Shown here: in pieces, positions 50,180 through 62,734 of the stretch
How the letters are laid out: every line of letters begins with the position of its first letter
Position numbering within the stretch: the stretch's first letter is position 1
Assembly (NCBI RefSeq): GCF_018350175.1
Contig: NC_058368.1
Span: 4,154,001 to 4,218,000 of the forward strand
Direction: 5' to 3'
DNA from: Felis catus
Lineage: Eukaryota
DNA: 64,000 bases
Made by a program: the position numbers and the translations under genes
Notes under the pieces: model-generated
What the model was told of the DNA's origin: nothing
Databases searched by the model: none
Seen by the model: the letters and a program-made list of their open reading frames with translations, nothing else

Positions 50180-53100
50180 TGCTCGGGGGAAGCGGGCGCG
50201 GGCCTGGCCCGCCCGCCCCGCCGCCGTGGGGCGGGGCAGAGGGCACTCGCGGCCCTTACGAGTCCTCCGTAAACAAATTCCGTGGAAGCGGAATCTCGCA
50301 GACCTCGGACCATCTGTCAGGACGGTGATGGGCAGAGCAGGTCGTAGATGAGTGAGGAGGGTCAATGCTCGCGGCCCTCGTCTGGGTTGCGTCCCAGAGA
50401 AATTTACTGATCAACTCTCGGAGATGAAGTTTGGGAGGCTCGGCGTTCAGTGATCCGTTTTGATGGTAGCAAACTGTTCATCGGACGTGGGAGGAATCCA
50501 TGTGAGTCTTTTTTTTTTTTTTTTTTTTTGCATTTTCACCAAAGGACTCGATCTGCAAACACGACCATAAGCCTCATGCCGTATTTCTTTAGCTGAAATA
50601 ACTCAAAATATTTATGCAGGTGTAGTTTTCTACTCCATTGACGGTTTTCCTTTACTAGAAGACAGTTTCTTCACATAAACAGGAAACAGTTATTGTTAAA
50701 CATGACTTATGCAAACGGAAGATTTTAATATGCTGTTATTTCATGATCCGGTACTGCTCTGCAAAAGGGAGGATTATGTTGCATTAGTTCAGGATTTGCT
50801 CAGTATGTTTTCTGTTGTGCAGTTTCACCTCGGGCATTTTCGCCAGTGCTGCTTTCGTGTAGTTTACAAATATTTTATTGCAAAGCGCTGCTTAGTCTCT
50901 GAGTTAAAGATTGGCAACTTGAAGGGGGTGAGAATGGAGTCCCACTGTGGAAGAAGAACGTGTTCCGCATTAATCATCATTCACAGAGATGTGGGTGCTT
51001 AAAAAGAATTTATCTTGAGTGATATTTATCGAGTTGTCCTGAAAATAATACAAAACCTAGAAATGCATTTCATTGCGAAAATAATACCTTGACATCAATG
51101 CATAGCTCTGTAAGTTCTTTATTTTTTGATCTCTGAAATGCCATAACATCTACCCTCTTACCAAGGCCACATGACTTTATTGACTTGAGAATTTTTGTTC
51201 CACAGTAAGTGCTGACTTTGAGATATTGTGTTAGTATTTTCTGGGACATTGATGGAAGTTACCATCCTTGACGAGAGTGTCTTTTGACTGGGAGTCTAGG
51301 CTGCATCTTGAATTTGAAGTTAAGGACATGTGAAGACGTTTATGCACTTGAAATTGCAGTCTTAAAGTACCTTTCCTATCCGGAAAATTGAGTAAGGAAC
51401 ACTCCTAATATAAGCTTTTGAAAAGAAAAAAGAAAAGTAAATGAAATGTCTTTACTTCAGGTAATCACTGGATTTCCTTTGTACCTACCTGCACACAACA
51501 TATGAACGGAAAAATGGAGACATGTGAGGGTCACGTGTTGTCCTTGATATGTTAATTTAATTTACTGGTTACAGCTCTTAATACGTGAATCGAGGGCATG
51601 TTGGGAGTTTTCGAAACATGAGTGAAATATTCAGCTAACACCCACGAAGAGAATTTGATTCTCCTTTCTCGTGTATTTAAATCTCCAAGCTTAGCCCAAT
51701 CCCCTGTGATCCCTTCCATCATCCAGAAATTACTAAAACACAAAAAAGCTGCAGGCACCGTGAACATATGAAGAAAGCAAGTCCTTTCAAATCTGCCGAG
51801 TCAATATTTAAAGTCAAGCATTTAAAATTCGGGGAAAGGCCAACATCCCCTATCTCTGTTGATGACAGGTTGAATAAGAATACCCACCTTGAATAAATGT
51901 ACACTCCAAATAAATAGACAGCTGCTTATGTGATAAGAGCCGGGAGCGGTTCCACAGTGAAGTACATTTGTCTCATGGCAGCTGATTATTATGAAACGTT
52001 CATAGCCTTTTTAGAGTAACTTTCTAACTGAAGAAACAACAGTAAAGCAGTGTGAACACAGTTTCTTTTCGTGATTTACGTTGAGCAGTGAGTTCATTCA
52101 TTGTATTTCATCCACCTAAAATGTTTACATTTAAAAGTAAGATGTTTAAACAGTATCGGGCTATCTTTCAGTCCACACATCACAGAATATGTGCCTTTCA
52201 AACTGAGGTTTTAAAACCTGGGCTTTACAAAGAGAACAGGCACCCATCAGCAATTAGATAAAACAAAGGAACTTGTGTATCTGGAGATTAAATATTACGG
52301 AGCCCCTCTTCAGTGGGCTTGGATGGGTTTAACACGAGGAGATCTAAAAGAATGGACGCCACTTATACTGGAAAAGAACCTTTGAATGTTTCAAAGAGAA
52401 GTTTTGGAACCGATCCAGACTTCTAAAATAAAAATTGAAACAGCTGTGTTTTAGAAATGGCTATGCGCAGTTCTCTGAAGATACGCCGTGTCGGCCTTTG
52501 AGGCCCCCACACTCCTTCATGCTACCGTTGTTCTATTTGCGTTTTGAGACAGAAAAACATTTATGAATTGCGGTGAGGTGGGGGGAGGTGCCCTAGTTAC
52601 AGTATGCCACATTTCTCGAGAACCCTGACCGTGATTTTCCTAAGGCAAAGATGAGCGAGTCCACAACTCAGAGAAACCAAAAGAATTCATCTTCAAAAAC
52701 CCTGTCCTGGGTTAAGTTCTTAAAAAAAAAAAAAGAAAAGAAAAAATTATTGTAGAAGCCTTGACAGTGAGTGGCCCCTAATGTTTTTGAACTTTGGGGG
52801 AATTGAAGGTATTGTGTTTGGCAACAGAACGTTGTAAAGCTTGTGGAGTTTTTAGTAGAAACTATTTCATGATCTGAAAAAGGGAAATCTTTCTCATTTC
52901 CCAGCCAACAACAATATGTATATCCTTATTACCGCATGCCTTTGTGAGGCTTCCTAGGCTACAAAGAGGCTGCCCACTGTATGATGTAGGAAGAATGATT
53001 TTCAGAACGTAAGGAAATGGAGGGCTAAGGTGGGAGGAGGCCAGAGGCCGGGGTCACTGTCCTGCTTGGAAATAGCCGTACCCTACATTGCTAACTAGTT

Positions 53101-54074
53101 TTTATTCTCTCAGCATCTGGGACTGACCTTATTTCTAAGCCATTTATGACTATGGTCCACCATTAAAAAGGCCGTATGCATAGCACTGGCTTTATTTCAA
53201 AGCTGATTTTTATAAATTGTAAGCCTGCCAGTTTACTTTAATGTTGATTTTTTAAAAAAATATTTCAGTTTATTGCATATTGGAAAAACGTATGAGTTGA
53301 ATGTAGCCTTATTACATAATGGTAATACAGTTTTATGAGATGAAAACTGTTACCTATTGCGGGCACTGTATGTTGGATAATAAATCAAATAACCGTAAAA
53401 GGATAAAAAACTAAAATTAATTTATTCTGGAAAAAATATCCAGGTTATTCGAATTACTCTGAAATGCGTGCGTTCTGGTCATTTGTAAGACAAAAAATAA
53501 AGGTCATTCTCAGAGAGAGTTAATGGATTGTTAAAATTAGAAAAATAAATACCAGATTCTTCGTTAGTGATCTTTGTTAATATGATAGCACGATATTCAA
53601 GAAGTGGGGTCCTGAACTGAATCGTGTTCTACCAAAGCAATTTATATTTCAATCTCAAGTTACAGCTGCACATATTTTCAACACATATTGTTTTAGTCCT
53701 TATAACAATCATAAGAGCTAAAATGTTATAGCTAATTAGTGAATTTCTCCATTCATTCAATGTGTACTGGGCACATATTTTGGGTTAGAGTTCTACAGCG
53801 AAATCAGTTAATCTTGCCATTAAGTCCTCAAATCATAATTGGTGGTAAACTCAAGTGGGTTGGTTGGTGCTGAAGTGAAGGGAGGGTTCTCAGTGTGCAT
53901 TAGGGAGTGGTGGAGACTGGGGCGCTAGGACGTATATGTTCTTCTGTGTAAGGGACAACTGATAGCTCAGCTCTCGCTCGTGCTGCCTTGATGTGGGACT
54001 CATGGTTGCTAGATTTTCTAGTTTTTCGAGAGAATTCTTTATTTTTGATATTGGAAACTTATTTTAAAAAATTA

Positions 54075-54295
54075 GGGGCGCCTGGATGGCTCAGTCAGTT
54101 AAGGGTCTGACTTTGGCTCGGGTCATGATCTCACAGCTGGTGGGCTTGAGCCCCGCGTTGGGCTCTGTGCTGACAGCTCGGAGCCTGGAGCCTGCTTGGG
54201 ATTCCGTGTCTCTCTCTCTCTCTCTCTCTCTCTGCCCCTCCCCTGCTCACACTCTGTCTCTCTCTCTGTCTCTCAAAAAATAAACAAACATTAAA
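54075..54295 (+). mobile_element. Can-SINE
   Basis: Canonical structure. Confidence 0.93.
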
Positions 54296-57200
54296 GAAAC
54301 AAAATGAGAACCACCGTGACTGTAGAAAACAATGCTGCTGGCCAGATGCAGTAGCATCGGGCTGCAAAGAGAGTGGACCAACCGGGTAATTATGCTGCGG
54401 GGTGGAGAGGACCCCAGGGTGCAGGGGCGGTGCCGGGGAAGCACGAAGGAGAGGTGTCATCCCAGATTCAGGGAGAGCCCAGAAGAACTTTGACAGATTG
54501 TGGGCCAGGCGTGGCAGATAGAGTCACAGTACACGTAGGAAGGACCCAAGACAAAAGAGGGCTGGGCGGTCCCTGAGCCAACTGCAGGTGGAGACGGCTG
54601 CCGTGGTTTGGGATCCAGTGGTCTGCCCGGCCGATGGGAGGTGGCGCCCATAACTGCTCCTCTCTAGCGGGCTCCTGTGAACAGCTGCTGGGGGCCTGGT
54701 TTCTTGGCCTGAGGACACAGCAGCGTAGGTTTCCGTGATCTGCACAAGGAAGCAGAGGGCGTGTGCGTTGCCGCGCCCCTTGGATCTGCCCCCGTTAGCG
54801 GCTGGCCAGCTAGGACATATCGTGTGAGTTGCCCTCCGTTCGAATGAGCAGGCCGAGCAGCTTGACTTGATAAGCAGCCCCTTTCTGTGCCGCTGAGCAC
54901 GACGTCTGCCAGCTCTGCCCCTGAGGCGCCTGCGCCTTTGTTCTGCTTGCCTGCGTCTCCCAGCGCTGCCGCTCTGTTGGGTGCTGTTGACGCAGCCGGT
55001 GGGGCAGAAGGGCCAGACTCCTCGAATACAGTAAACCAGGCGTCATTAGGCTTTTCCTCGTCGCTTAGCGATAGCCAGCTTCTCTGCACACGTTTTGCGA
55101 GAATGGTGGCTAGGTGGTTAGTAGGCGCTATCTGGTCTGGATCGTTTCGGCAAACTGTGAAAACCCATGATCCCGGTCACTTGTATGTCTCGTGGCTGAT
55201 AAGTCATCTCCAAATAAGCAGAACACTGAAGTCGTTTTCTGTCTGGGCCAGACCCCGAATGCTCAGAAGCTAAAAGCCGTTTCAGTAAATACCTTTTTAT
55301 TGCCTTATTTTTATTTTAAATATCATTCTTTGAACACTTGTTATTTCGTTACGTTTTCCTTCTTTTTATGAACGCCGAAGCATTTCACAAGGTATTTCGC
55401 TTTATTCCAGGAAGTGCAAAGTCACACTTATAACACCCTACCAGCTAAATTGTTTGTTTCCAAACAGCCCTTTGCCAGGCTAGACTAAAGGGTGCTTAGG
55501 AGATGTCCCCGCCCCTGCTAAGCTATGAGCTTCCTCAAAGTGCACCTTTGTACTGTCCTGCCCCAACTTGATACTGCCTCCTTTCAAGCACCTAATAACC
55601 GTTTAATCAAAGCGTGCTGAATAAATGAATACATCGTTACATGTGTTATTTGGTTATATAGTTTTGCTTTTGTTGATCAGTTTTGCTCAGGCACTCCTAC
55701 TGTGCCAAATGACCATTGGGTGCCACGGCGTATGATGATCTAACCCTGAGTCGACCTGGCAGGGTGGCCGTGAGCCTCGCTTTGGAGTTACCAGGCGTGA
55801 ACTCGATTCGGTTTTCACCTTTCTATCACGTGTCCTTGACCCCTGGTCTTCTCTCGTATCGGGTGGGAATAAATAACTACTTTACAGTGTGGGAGTAAGG
55901 GAAAAAATTATACTTTTCGTAAAGCCTTACCGCAACCCTCAACATATAAGTGCTTAGTGCAGACTTGGAATTGATTCTTAGTGTTTGAATGTTTTCTGCA
56001 GACCTGTGGGTCTAGAGATCTAAAGCATCACCAGCCACCGGACTGTGGCCATCTGAATAATGTCGCCTGCCTGTCTAACAGGTTACAGTCTTCAAGAACT
56101 GTCACACGCATTGGATCATATGGCCTCCAATAATAACGTCATCGACAACAGTAATCATCGCTAACACCGATGCAGCACTTACTAGAAACAGTTTGTATCA
56201 GTGCACTTTCCCCGGAAGTGCTTTTTAAGTGCTGTTAAACTCAGGAAGTTCAGGAGGTGTTGTCACTGTGCCCTATGTAGAGATGAGGAGACTGAGACTC
56301 AGATTAAGTAACTTGTCCAAGTTCACACGCTAATGAGTGACCTTGGCAGGAACAACTGCAGTAGTAATGACATCAGCCTCAGTCATCCGTTAAGCGTCTG
56401 TTCTGTTTTAGGTGCTGGGCTAAGCGCTTTATAAACATCATCTCAGGTAATCCCCACAACTCCCCTGCGAGATAGGTTCTGTCTTTGTGGCTGTGTAGTT
56501 TCAAAGTGACATCGCTAAGAAACGGGACTGAAAACCCACGCGTTCCGGTTGCCATTTTCCCTTGACAGTTTCCCCTAAGACCAGGGTGTTTTTACCCGTG
56601 TCGGGCTTACGTGCAGAAAACTGTTTGAACCTGGATTTTGGATCATCCCAACTGCTGTCAGAACAGTCGACCCAGTCGAAATTATTTCCCAGCCCCTTGG
56701 TATAAAAAAAAAACAAAAAACCAAGCTAAGAGAGAAGTCACAGAAAAGAGAAGTGACATATTCCAACAGCACATTTCAATCTCTAGCTCCTGGAAACCTG
56801 GAAAAAACAAAACTGCTCACATTTTTTGAAGTGAATTAGGATTTGTAGAGAGAAAAATCCTCCTTCAGTCCTGCCTTCTAGTCCAACGCACTTAATACCC
56901 CATAGATATTATGAGCTAGTAATAAGATATATCTGAGATGGAATGTTTATTCTCGTTCACCCCAGAATATGTGCAACCACCTGTCACCTGTTTTCCACAA
57001 CACATTCATCGTTTTGTGCTTCTCCACGCATTTAATCCAGCAAACATTTGTGTGCCTGTGTGTGCCAGGCAGTATTCTAGGCAGCGGAAATACAGAGAGT
57101 AATGATGCGTGCTCCCTGTTTTCAAGGAACATACGACCTGGTGAGCGAAAATAAGCATAGCTGCTAGGCCGTACGATCGGTACGGTGCGTGCAGGCAAGA

Positions 57201-57883
57201 AAGGCCTCTAGGGCCGCAGGGAGCAGATCCTTCAGTGTGCTTGCTCGCGGACAGCATCTCAGCAGGGTGACAGTTGACCTGGTTCTCGGAGGGATTGAGG
57301 GAGGACGTCTGTCAAGACCAAAGTGACAGTCTGTGCAACAGGGCAAGACCACGGGCGTTCAGGAAGAACGTGGCTATTGGGCTGTGGCACAGCCAGAGGG
57401 GCATGAGAGCAGTGACCAGGCGGGCAGGCCAGCAGGTGAGACTGTAAGGGCCTAGGTCCAGGCTGAGGAGTTTCAAGGATGATTTGCAAATGTAAACCCA
57501 CTCAAGCTATTCAGTTTAGCATATGTGTTGGGAGAGTAACACAAGTCAGCACATAGGCTATAGTTCCATTCAGTTTCTACCTTAAAAAAATCTGTCTTTC
57601 TGAGGCACAAATCATAGTACTGTATTTAATTTTGCTTTTTCCGTAAATAGTGTTTATGTGATTTTTATCTCGTCACTTCTTTTAATTTGTAGACTTTTCA
57701 AGCAGGACTCTGCAGTTTATCTCTTTGCCTGAAGAACATTATACGTGTATGTTTTTTATTTGCTTCATGAACAATGAAATACTTACACTACAAAGAAGTT
57801 TTAGGAAACAGGGGAAAACGTTCAGCCAGGATGCCACGATATGAAGGAACCTAAGCGTTGATGGTATCCTGGCTCCTTTCTTA

Positions 57884-58097
57884 TTTTTTTAAACTTTTTT
57901 AAAGTTTATTTATTTATGAGAGAGAGAGAGCATGAGTGGGGGAGGGGCAGAGAGAGAGGGAGACACAGAATCCCAAGCAGCCTCCAGGCTCCGAGCTGTC
58001 AGCACAGAGCTCGATGCGGGGCTCGAAGTCACAAACCGTGAGATCATGACCTGAGCCGAAGTCGGACGCTCAACCGACCGAGCCACCTGGGCACCCC
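57884..58097 (-). mobile_element. Can-SINE
   Basis: Reverse-complement canonical structure. Confidence 0.93.
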
Positions 58098-58895
58098 TGG
58101 TTCATTTATTTTTGTACGTAAAACAGGTGTACCTTCTGGATCGTATTGCCATGACTTCTCACTTGGTGTGCATGGTAGTGATCGCCGCGGCGGGAAGATG
58201 CTAAGTATTTGTGTTCCGCCCCCAGCAGTGGGTACGGTATCCCAGTATAGCGATCTGTCCAGACCAGTTGCCTGATTGTGCTGTACTCTGACTCTGTCAA
58301 TCTCTTTTCTTCTCATGTTTTGTGTAAATGCACGGGTATTTATACCCTCTTTTCCATATTAGCTAAATCCGTACGGATTTTATGCTACTACTTTTAAAAA
58401 TTAGCACATTTAAAAAAATCAGGACCATGTCGAAAAAGAGATAACCTGAAGCATACTTTTTAGGGAATGTGAGTTTATCTCACCCCAATCCCGTGTCTGC
58501 ACAAGCAGGAAGCCGCATGGTTGGGTAATTGCTGGGTCACTCTGAGATATGCAAGGAGGAAAAAAGATGTGACCAAAAAGCTAGGAAAGCAAAAGCGAAC
58601 AGACAAACAAAAACACCCCACAACACTTGGAATTCGCTCAGAATGGGTCATTCATTCAGCAAACGTGTAAATGATTCCTTATTGCCCCGATAATTGGACC
58701 TACTCGGGCGACTGGAGTGACCTTGTGGGTTGTTGCTGTCCCGGCTTGTTCAGGCTCACCCCTGGCTGGCTGCTTGGCCAGCAGTGACACGGCCACCCGC
58801 CCGGCCTCGCTCCACTTCCTTTGTTGTTGTCGTTACTGTCTTTCTTGAGGTCTTTGGCCCACAGTTCTGGTTCTCTGCCCTGGTTTGTTTGTTTC

Positions 58896-59113
58896 TTTTT
58901 TTTAATTAATGTTCATTTTTGAGAGAGAGAGAGAGACAGAGACAGAGTGCACGCATGGGAGGGGTAGAGCGAGAGGGAGACACAGAATCCGAAGCGGGCT
59001 CCAGGCTCCGAGCTGTCAGCACAGAGCCCGACGCGGGGCTCGAACCCACGAACCGCGAGATCATGACCTGAGCCGAAGTCGATGCTTCACCGAGTGAGCC
59101 GCCCAAGCGCCCC
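58896..59113 (-). mobile_element. Can-SINE
   Basis: Reverse-complement canonical structure. Confidence 0.93.
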
Positions 59114-59251
59114 TGCTCTGATTTCTTTCTCAGTGGCCTGATTGTCTGCTCTGGGTGTCTGTTAGTTTTGGAAGATTCCACTTGGAAGGGAAACTGAAGC
59201 CTTGCCTCTCTACCTGATGGATGGAGCTGCCAGCTGAGTGTTCACTTCTTC

Positions 59252-59480
59252 TTTTTTTTTTTTTCAACTTTTTTTTTTTTTTTTTTTTTTTTTATTTCGG
59301 GACAGAGAGAGACAGAGCATGAACGGGGGAGGGGCAGAGAGAGGGAGACACAGAATCGGAAACAGGCTCCAGGCTCTGAGCCATCAGCCCAGAGCCCGAC
59401 GCGGGGCTCGAACTCACGGAGCGCGAGATCGTGACCTGGCTGAAGTTGGACGCTTAACCGACTGTGCCACCCAGGTGCCC
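59252..59480 (-). mobile_element. Young Can-SINE with TSD
   Basis: TSD CACTTCTTCTTTTTTT; long T tail. Confidence 0.94.
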
Positions 59481-59814
59481 CACTTCTTCTTTTTTTTAAA
59501 AAGCATAAATCTCTTCTCTTGACGTTGTGTGGACCTATAAGAAAGGCAACCCTGTTTGTTGCTACATTTTAGGTCATTTCTCGCAAAGATGCAGAGGTTT
59601 GGTTTACCTTTTGTTGAAAGGTAAATGCCTCCAATTTCATCACTTGTGAATGATTTTTAGGTGTTTTAAAACAAATGCTTATTTTTCTGCCCGGAGATTA
59701 CCTTCACTGTACTGGTTGGAGGAGGAACTCACGTGTGCCAGACAGTGGCCGTGTCGGCTTCTTAGTGGAGCTGAAGCCCCACCATCCAAGCGTCACGACT
59801 GTGTCGCCGGGGAT

Positions 59815-60040
59815 AGTGACGCAGGGACACGGGAGCCAACCCACCTGGGTGTGCGCCCTGCCCTGCCTCTTACTAGCAGTGTGGCCTAGTGCAGTGGGAT
59901 CCAGCCCTCTCTGAGCCTCAGCTTCCCCATCTCTAAAGCGGGGATAATGACGGTATCTCCCTTCTGGAGTACTTCGGAAGGTAAATGAGCTAATGCGCCG
60001 AAGACGGTACCTGGCGTAGAGTGGTTAGCACATATTTACT
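59815..60040 (+). mobile_element. MIR
   Basis: CTCTCTGAGCCTCAGCTTCCCCATCTCTAAAGCGGGGATAATGAC core. Confidence 0.75.
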
Positions 60041-60186
60041 GTTGTTTTACCCCTATTATTCCCCTCTTGGCACTGACCAAACCCATCTCCATGGCGGTTT
60101 ATGTAGTCGCTGTTTGAATATACCTCTCTGCTGGGTGGAGTAGTTTGGACACTATCGAGGCATGGGTAGAAAATAAAGGCATGTGT

Positions 60187-60305
60187 GGGGGCTCCCGGTT
60201 GGCTCAGTCAGTAGAGCACGCGGCTCTTGATCTTGGGGTTTTAAACGCGAACCCCACGTTGGATGTAAAGACTACTTCAAAAAATAAGATCTTTTTTTAA
60301 AAAAG
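60187..60305 (+). mobile_element. Short Can-SINE variant (tRNA-like part plus A tail)
   Basis: GGGGCTCCCGGTTGGCTCAGTCAGTAGAGCA...CCCCACGTTGG. Confidence 0.8.
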
Positions 60306-60592
60306 AAGAAAATAAAGTCGTGGATAGCCCAGGAATTCGGAGCCAGAAAGAATTTTGGACCAATCTCAGAAGGACAAAGCTTTCATTCTCCCAACCGAAA
60401 TTGTTAAAGGCTTACCTATTGTTTGTCTGTGTATCTTTTACAGAGCGATTTCCTTTAAAACATAAATAGTATTACCTAGTATATCTATTAACGGTAAACA
60501 TTCTAGAGTAAATACAAGAACACGGTGACCAGTGTTATTCCGGTTAACTAGATCTTCTTGTCTTCTAGAAAACTCTTCAACAAAAGGGAGCC

Positions 60593-60661
60593 ATGACTTT
60601 CAAAGCGCACCTGGGACAAGAGAGGGCATTCCGCACCGTTGTGGTTTTACTGGCCTATTTG
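60593..60661 (+). CDS. TNFRSF19: TNFRSF19 (TROY) first coding exon, signal peptide MTFKAHLGQERAFRTVVVLLAYL; exon spans 60569-60661 including 24 nt of 5'UTR
   Basis: Acceptor tcttcttgtcttctAG at 60567-68, ATG in GCCATGA context at 60593, donor TTG|gtaagt at 60662. The 23 codons resemble the TNFRSF19 N-terminus as I recall it (MALKVLLEQEKTFFTLLVLLGYL) and splice in phase 0 to the next exon. Confidence 0.93.
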
Positions 60662-60854
60662 GTAAGTCAGGTCTTTACTTTCATAAGAATGTGGGAAAGA
60701 ATCGCTGTGAATCGTATGGAAACTGTTTTGTTTTTCCAGTGCCATCTTCTCAATTTTTCCTTCAAATTGTGTTTTATCAACGTCGCGTGTAATTAAGAAG
60801 CAAAGATTGCTGCCGAGTCTTGACATTTGTACTGATGGTTACAACTATTTTCTT

Positions 60855-61051
60855 CTTTTAAGTTTATTTATTTATTTTGAGACAGAGACAGCGTGAGTCG
60901 GGGAGGGGACAGAGAATCCCAAGCAGCCTCTGCATGCACTGTCAGCACGGAGGAACCCCAGGAGGGCCTCGAATTCACAGAACCGTGAGATCATGACCTG
61001 AGCCGAAACCAAGAGTCGGACACTTAACAGCCTGAGCTACCCAGGCGCCCC
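60855..61051 (-). mobile_element. Can-SINE
   Basis: Reverse-complement structure ending CCCAGGCGCCCC. Confidence 0.9.
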
Positions 61052-62223
61052 TAAAATTATTTTACTACATTTAGATGAAGCAATAAAGTCACAGCGTAAC
61101 TTATAACCAATGACAATGGTGCTCCCTTGGGTTTATAGGCCGATGCCTCTACAATACACCCTAGACCCTGACGAGACCAGATTCTAATTGGAGTTCGTGA
61201 CTTCCATGGTGTGTGTGTGAAGACACTAGAATTGACTTTCAAAAGAGCTGTTATTTTTATACGGTTACTTATATCCTTCTTGGTCCCAAAAAGGATTAAA
61301 GACAGTTGGAGAGTTTTAATGTTTGAAAACTTGACGCAAAGACCTATAAGATGTTCACAAGAATTGAAATTCATTAAATCTGGAGATAGGATCATCACCT
61401 GCAAATGTGAAAAGACTTATTTACCCTGAAGACGGTACCTGAAGTCTTCTTGAAAGACAAAGTAAGGGGAAATGGGTCACATTGGATTCTGAGGTTCAGG
61501 TACGGCAAGGAAAATTTCCTTTCTTTCAGCTGGGGCTGTTAAACGTTCAAATGACTGCTCTAGGAGGGAGGTCGTGGAATTTCTTTCGCAAAGCCATTGC
61601 AGTCTCTTTGTGGCGGAATGGAGTCTCATACCTCTCTTAAATAAAATCAGACTCCTTAAGATGGGTAGTCAAGGGGAGTTAAGGGAGGCGGGAAGATATT
61701 ATTAGGCCTTTAGCCCCAGATCATTTCCTAGTGCTGAACTCTGCCTTGAATCCTCCCCTTCTGCCTGCTCAAGAGGTTCAGGCCTTGATTTTATTCAATT
61801 AGTTTGCAGGACATCATTGTAGACACTCTCGTGTCAAGGTGGAGGCAGTTTGTACTAAATAATGGCTCATTATTACAACCATCAAAAACAATTTCCGATA
61901 CCCCTGTGTGTGACAGGCATTCTACAGAGCAACAGTCTGCTTGCCCAGTGCTTCTTACTTAGAAAAGGGAATAGGCCATTCATTTAAAAAAAAAAAAAAA
62001 AAAAAGACCTCATTCAGGGAATACAGAGGAGAATCAGGTTTATTGATTTATTTGTCCACTGACTTGTTCAGAAAGTGATTTTTCTTCCTAAAGTGAAAAT
62101 TAAATCGGCCTCACTCAGCATTAACATTGACATTCAGTGCTTATATGAATAACACTGATAATGTTGCTGCTTTCTTGCAAAAAAAAAAAAAATGTGATGA
62201 ACTTACTTTAAAATAACGTTTTT

Positions 62224-62382
62224 GGGAGGCACCTGGGTGACTCAGGTGTCCGACTTCAGCTCAGGTCATGGTCTCACGATCTGTAGGTTTGAGCCCTGCA
62301 TCGGGCTCTGTGCCAACAGTTCAGAGCCTGGAGCCTGCTTCCGATTCTGTGTCTCCCTCTCTCTCCCCGTCTCCCGCTCACC

Positions 62383-62438
<56 letters not shown>

Positions 62439-62449
62439 AATAAAAAAAT
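62224..62449 (+). mobile_element. Can-SINE ending ~30 nt upstream of the CRD1 exon acceptor
   Basis: TSD ATAACGTTT at ~62213-62221 and 62450-62458; long (CT)n tract. Confidence 0.92.
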
Positions 62450-62479
62450 ATAACGTTTGGGAAACTTTTCTTTTTTCAG

Positions 62480-62590
62480 GCATGTAGAGTGATTTGCGAA
62501 ACAGGAGACTGTCGACAACAAGAATACAGGGATGGGTCTGGAAATTGCGTTCTCTGCAAGCAATGTGGGCCAGGCATGGAGCTGTCTAAG
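62480..62590 (+). CDS. TNFRSF19: TNFRSF19 coding exon, start of TNFR cysteine-rich domain 1: ACRVICETGDCRQQEYRDGSGNCVLCKQCGPGMELSK
   Basis: Acceptor cttttcttttttcAG (62478-79), donor AAG|gtaggt (62591), 111 nt, phase 0-0. Cys spacing and the DCRQQE...GNCV.C.QCGPGMELSK motif are characteristic of TNFRSF19. Not present in the ORF track. Confidence 0.96.
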
Positions 62591-62734
62591 GTAGGTATCG
62601 GGTGCATGGAGAAGGGGTAGATCTGTGTTTTTAAAACACATTCTTTCTGGCTAGATTCTTTTAGTTAATTACTAGTGAAGATTTGACACCATGAGATAAT
62701 TCTTGGATCATTAGGTTACTTTTTTTAATTTTTT

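Larger units (their letters stand above)
49130..50400. promoter_or_regulatory. CpG island / proximal TNFRSF19 promoter
   Basis: About 1.2 kb of very GC- and CpG-dense sequence with many GGGCGG boxes; X-box-like GTTGCCGGGCTAC at 49473-49485. Confidence 0.9.

Noticed and set aside
49103..50365. Long overlapping ORFs (120-254 aa) on both strands in the CpG island
   Set aside because: Low-complexity Gly/Ala/Pro/Arg products caused by stop-codon scarcity in GC-rich DNA and by the 20-bp VNTR; no recognisable domain.
51574..52430. Acceptor-like sites and short ORFs in intron 1
   Set aside because: No convincing donor pairing or TNFRSF19 coding similarity.
60662..60796. ORF-track extension of the TNFRSF19 start ORF to 67 aa
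   Set aside because: Reads through the gtaagt donor into intron; the true frame continues at 62480.
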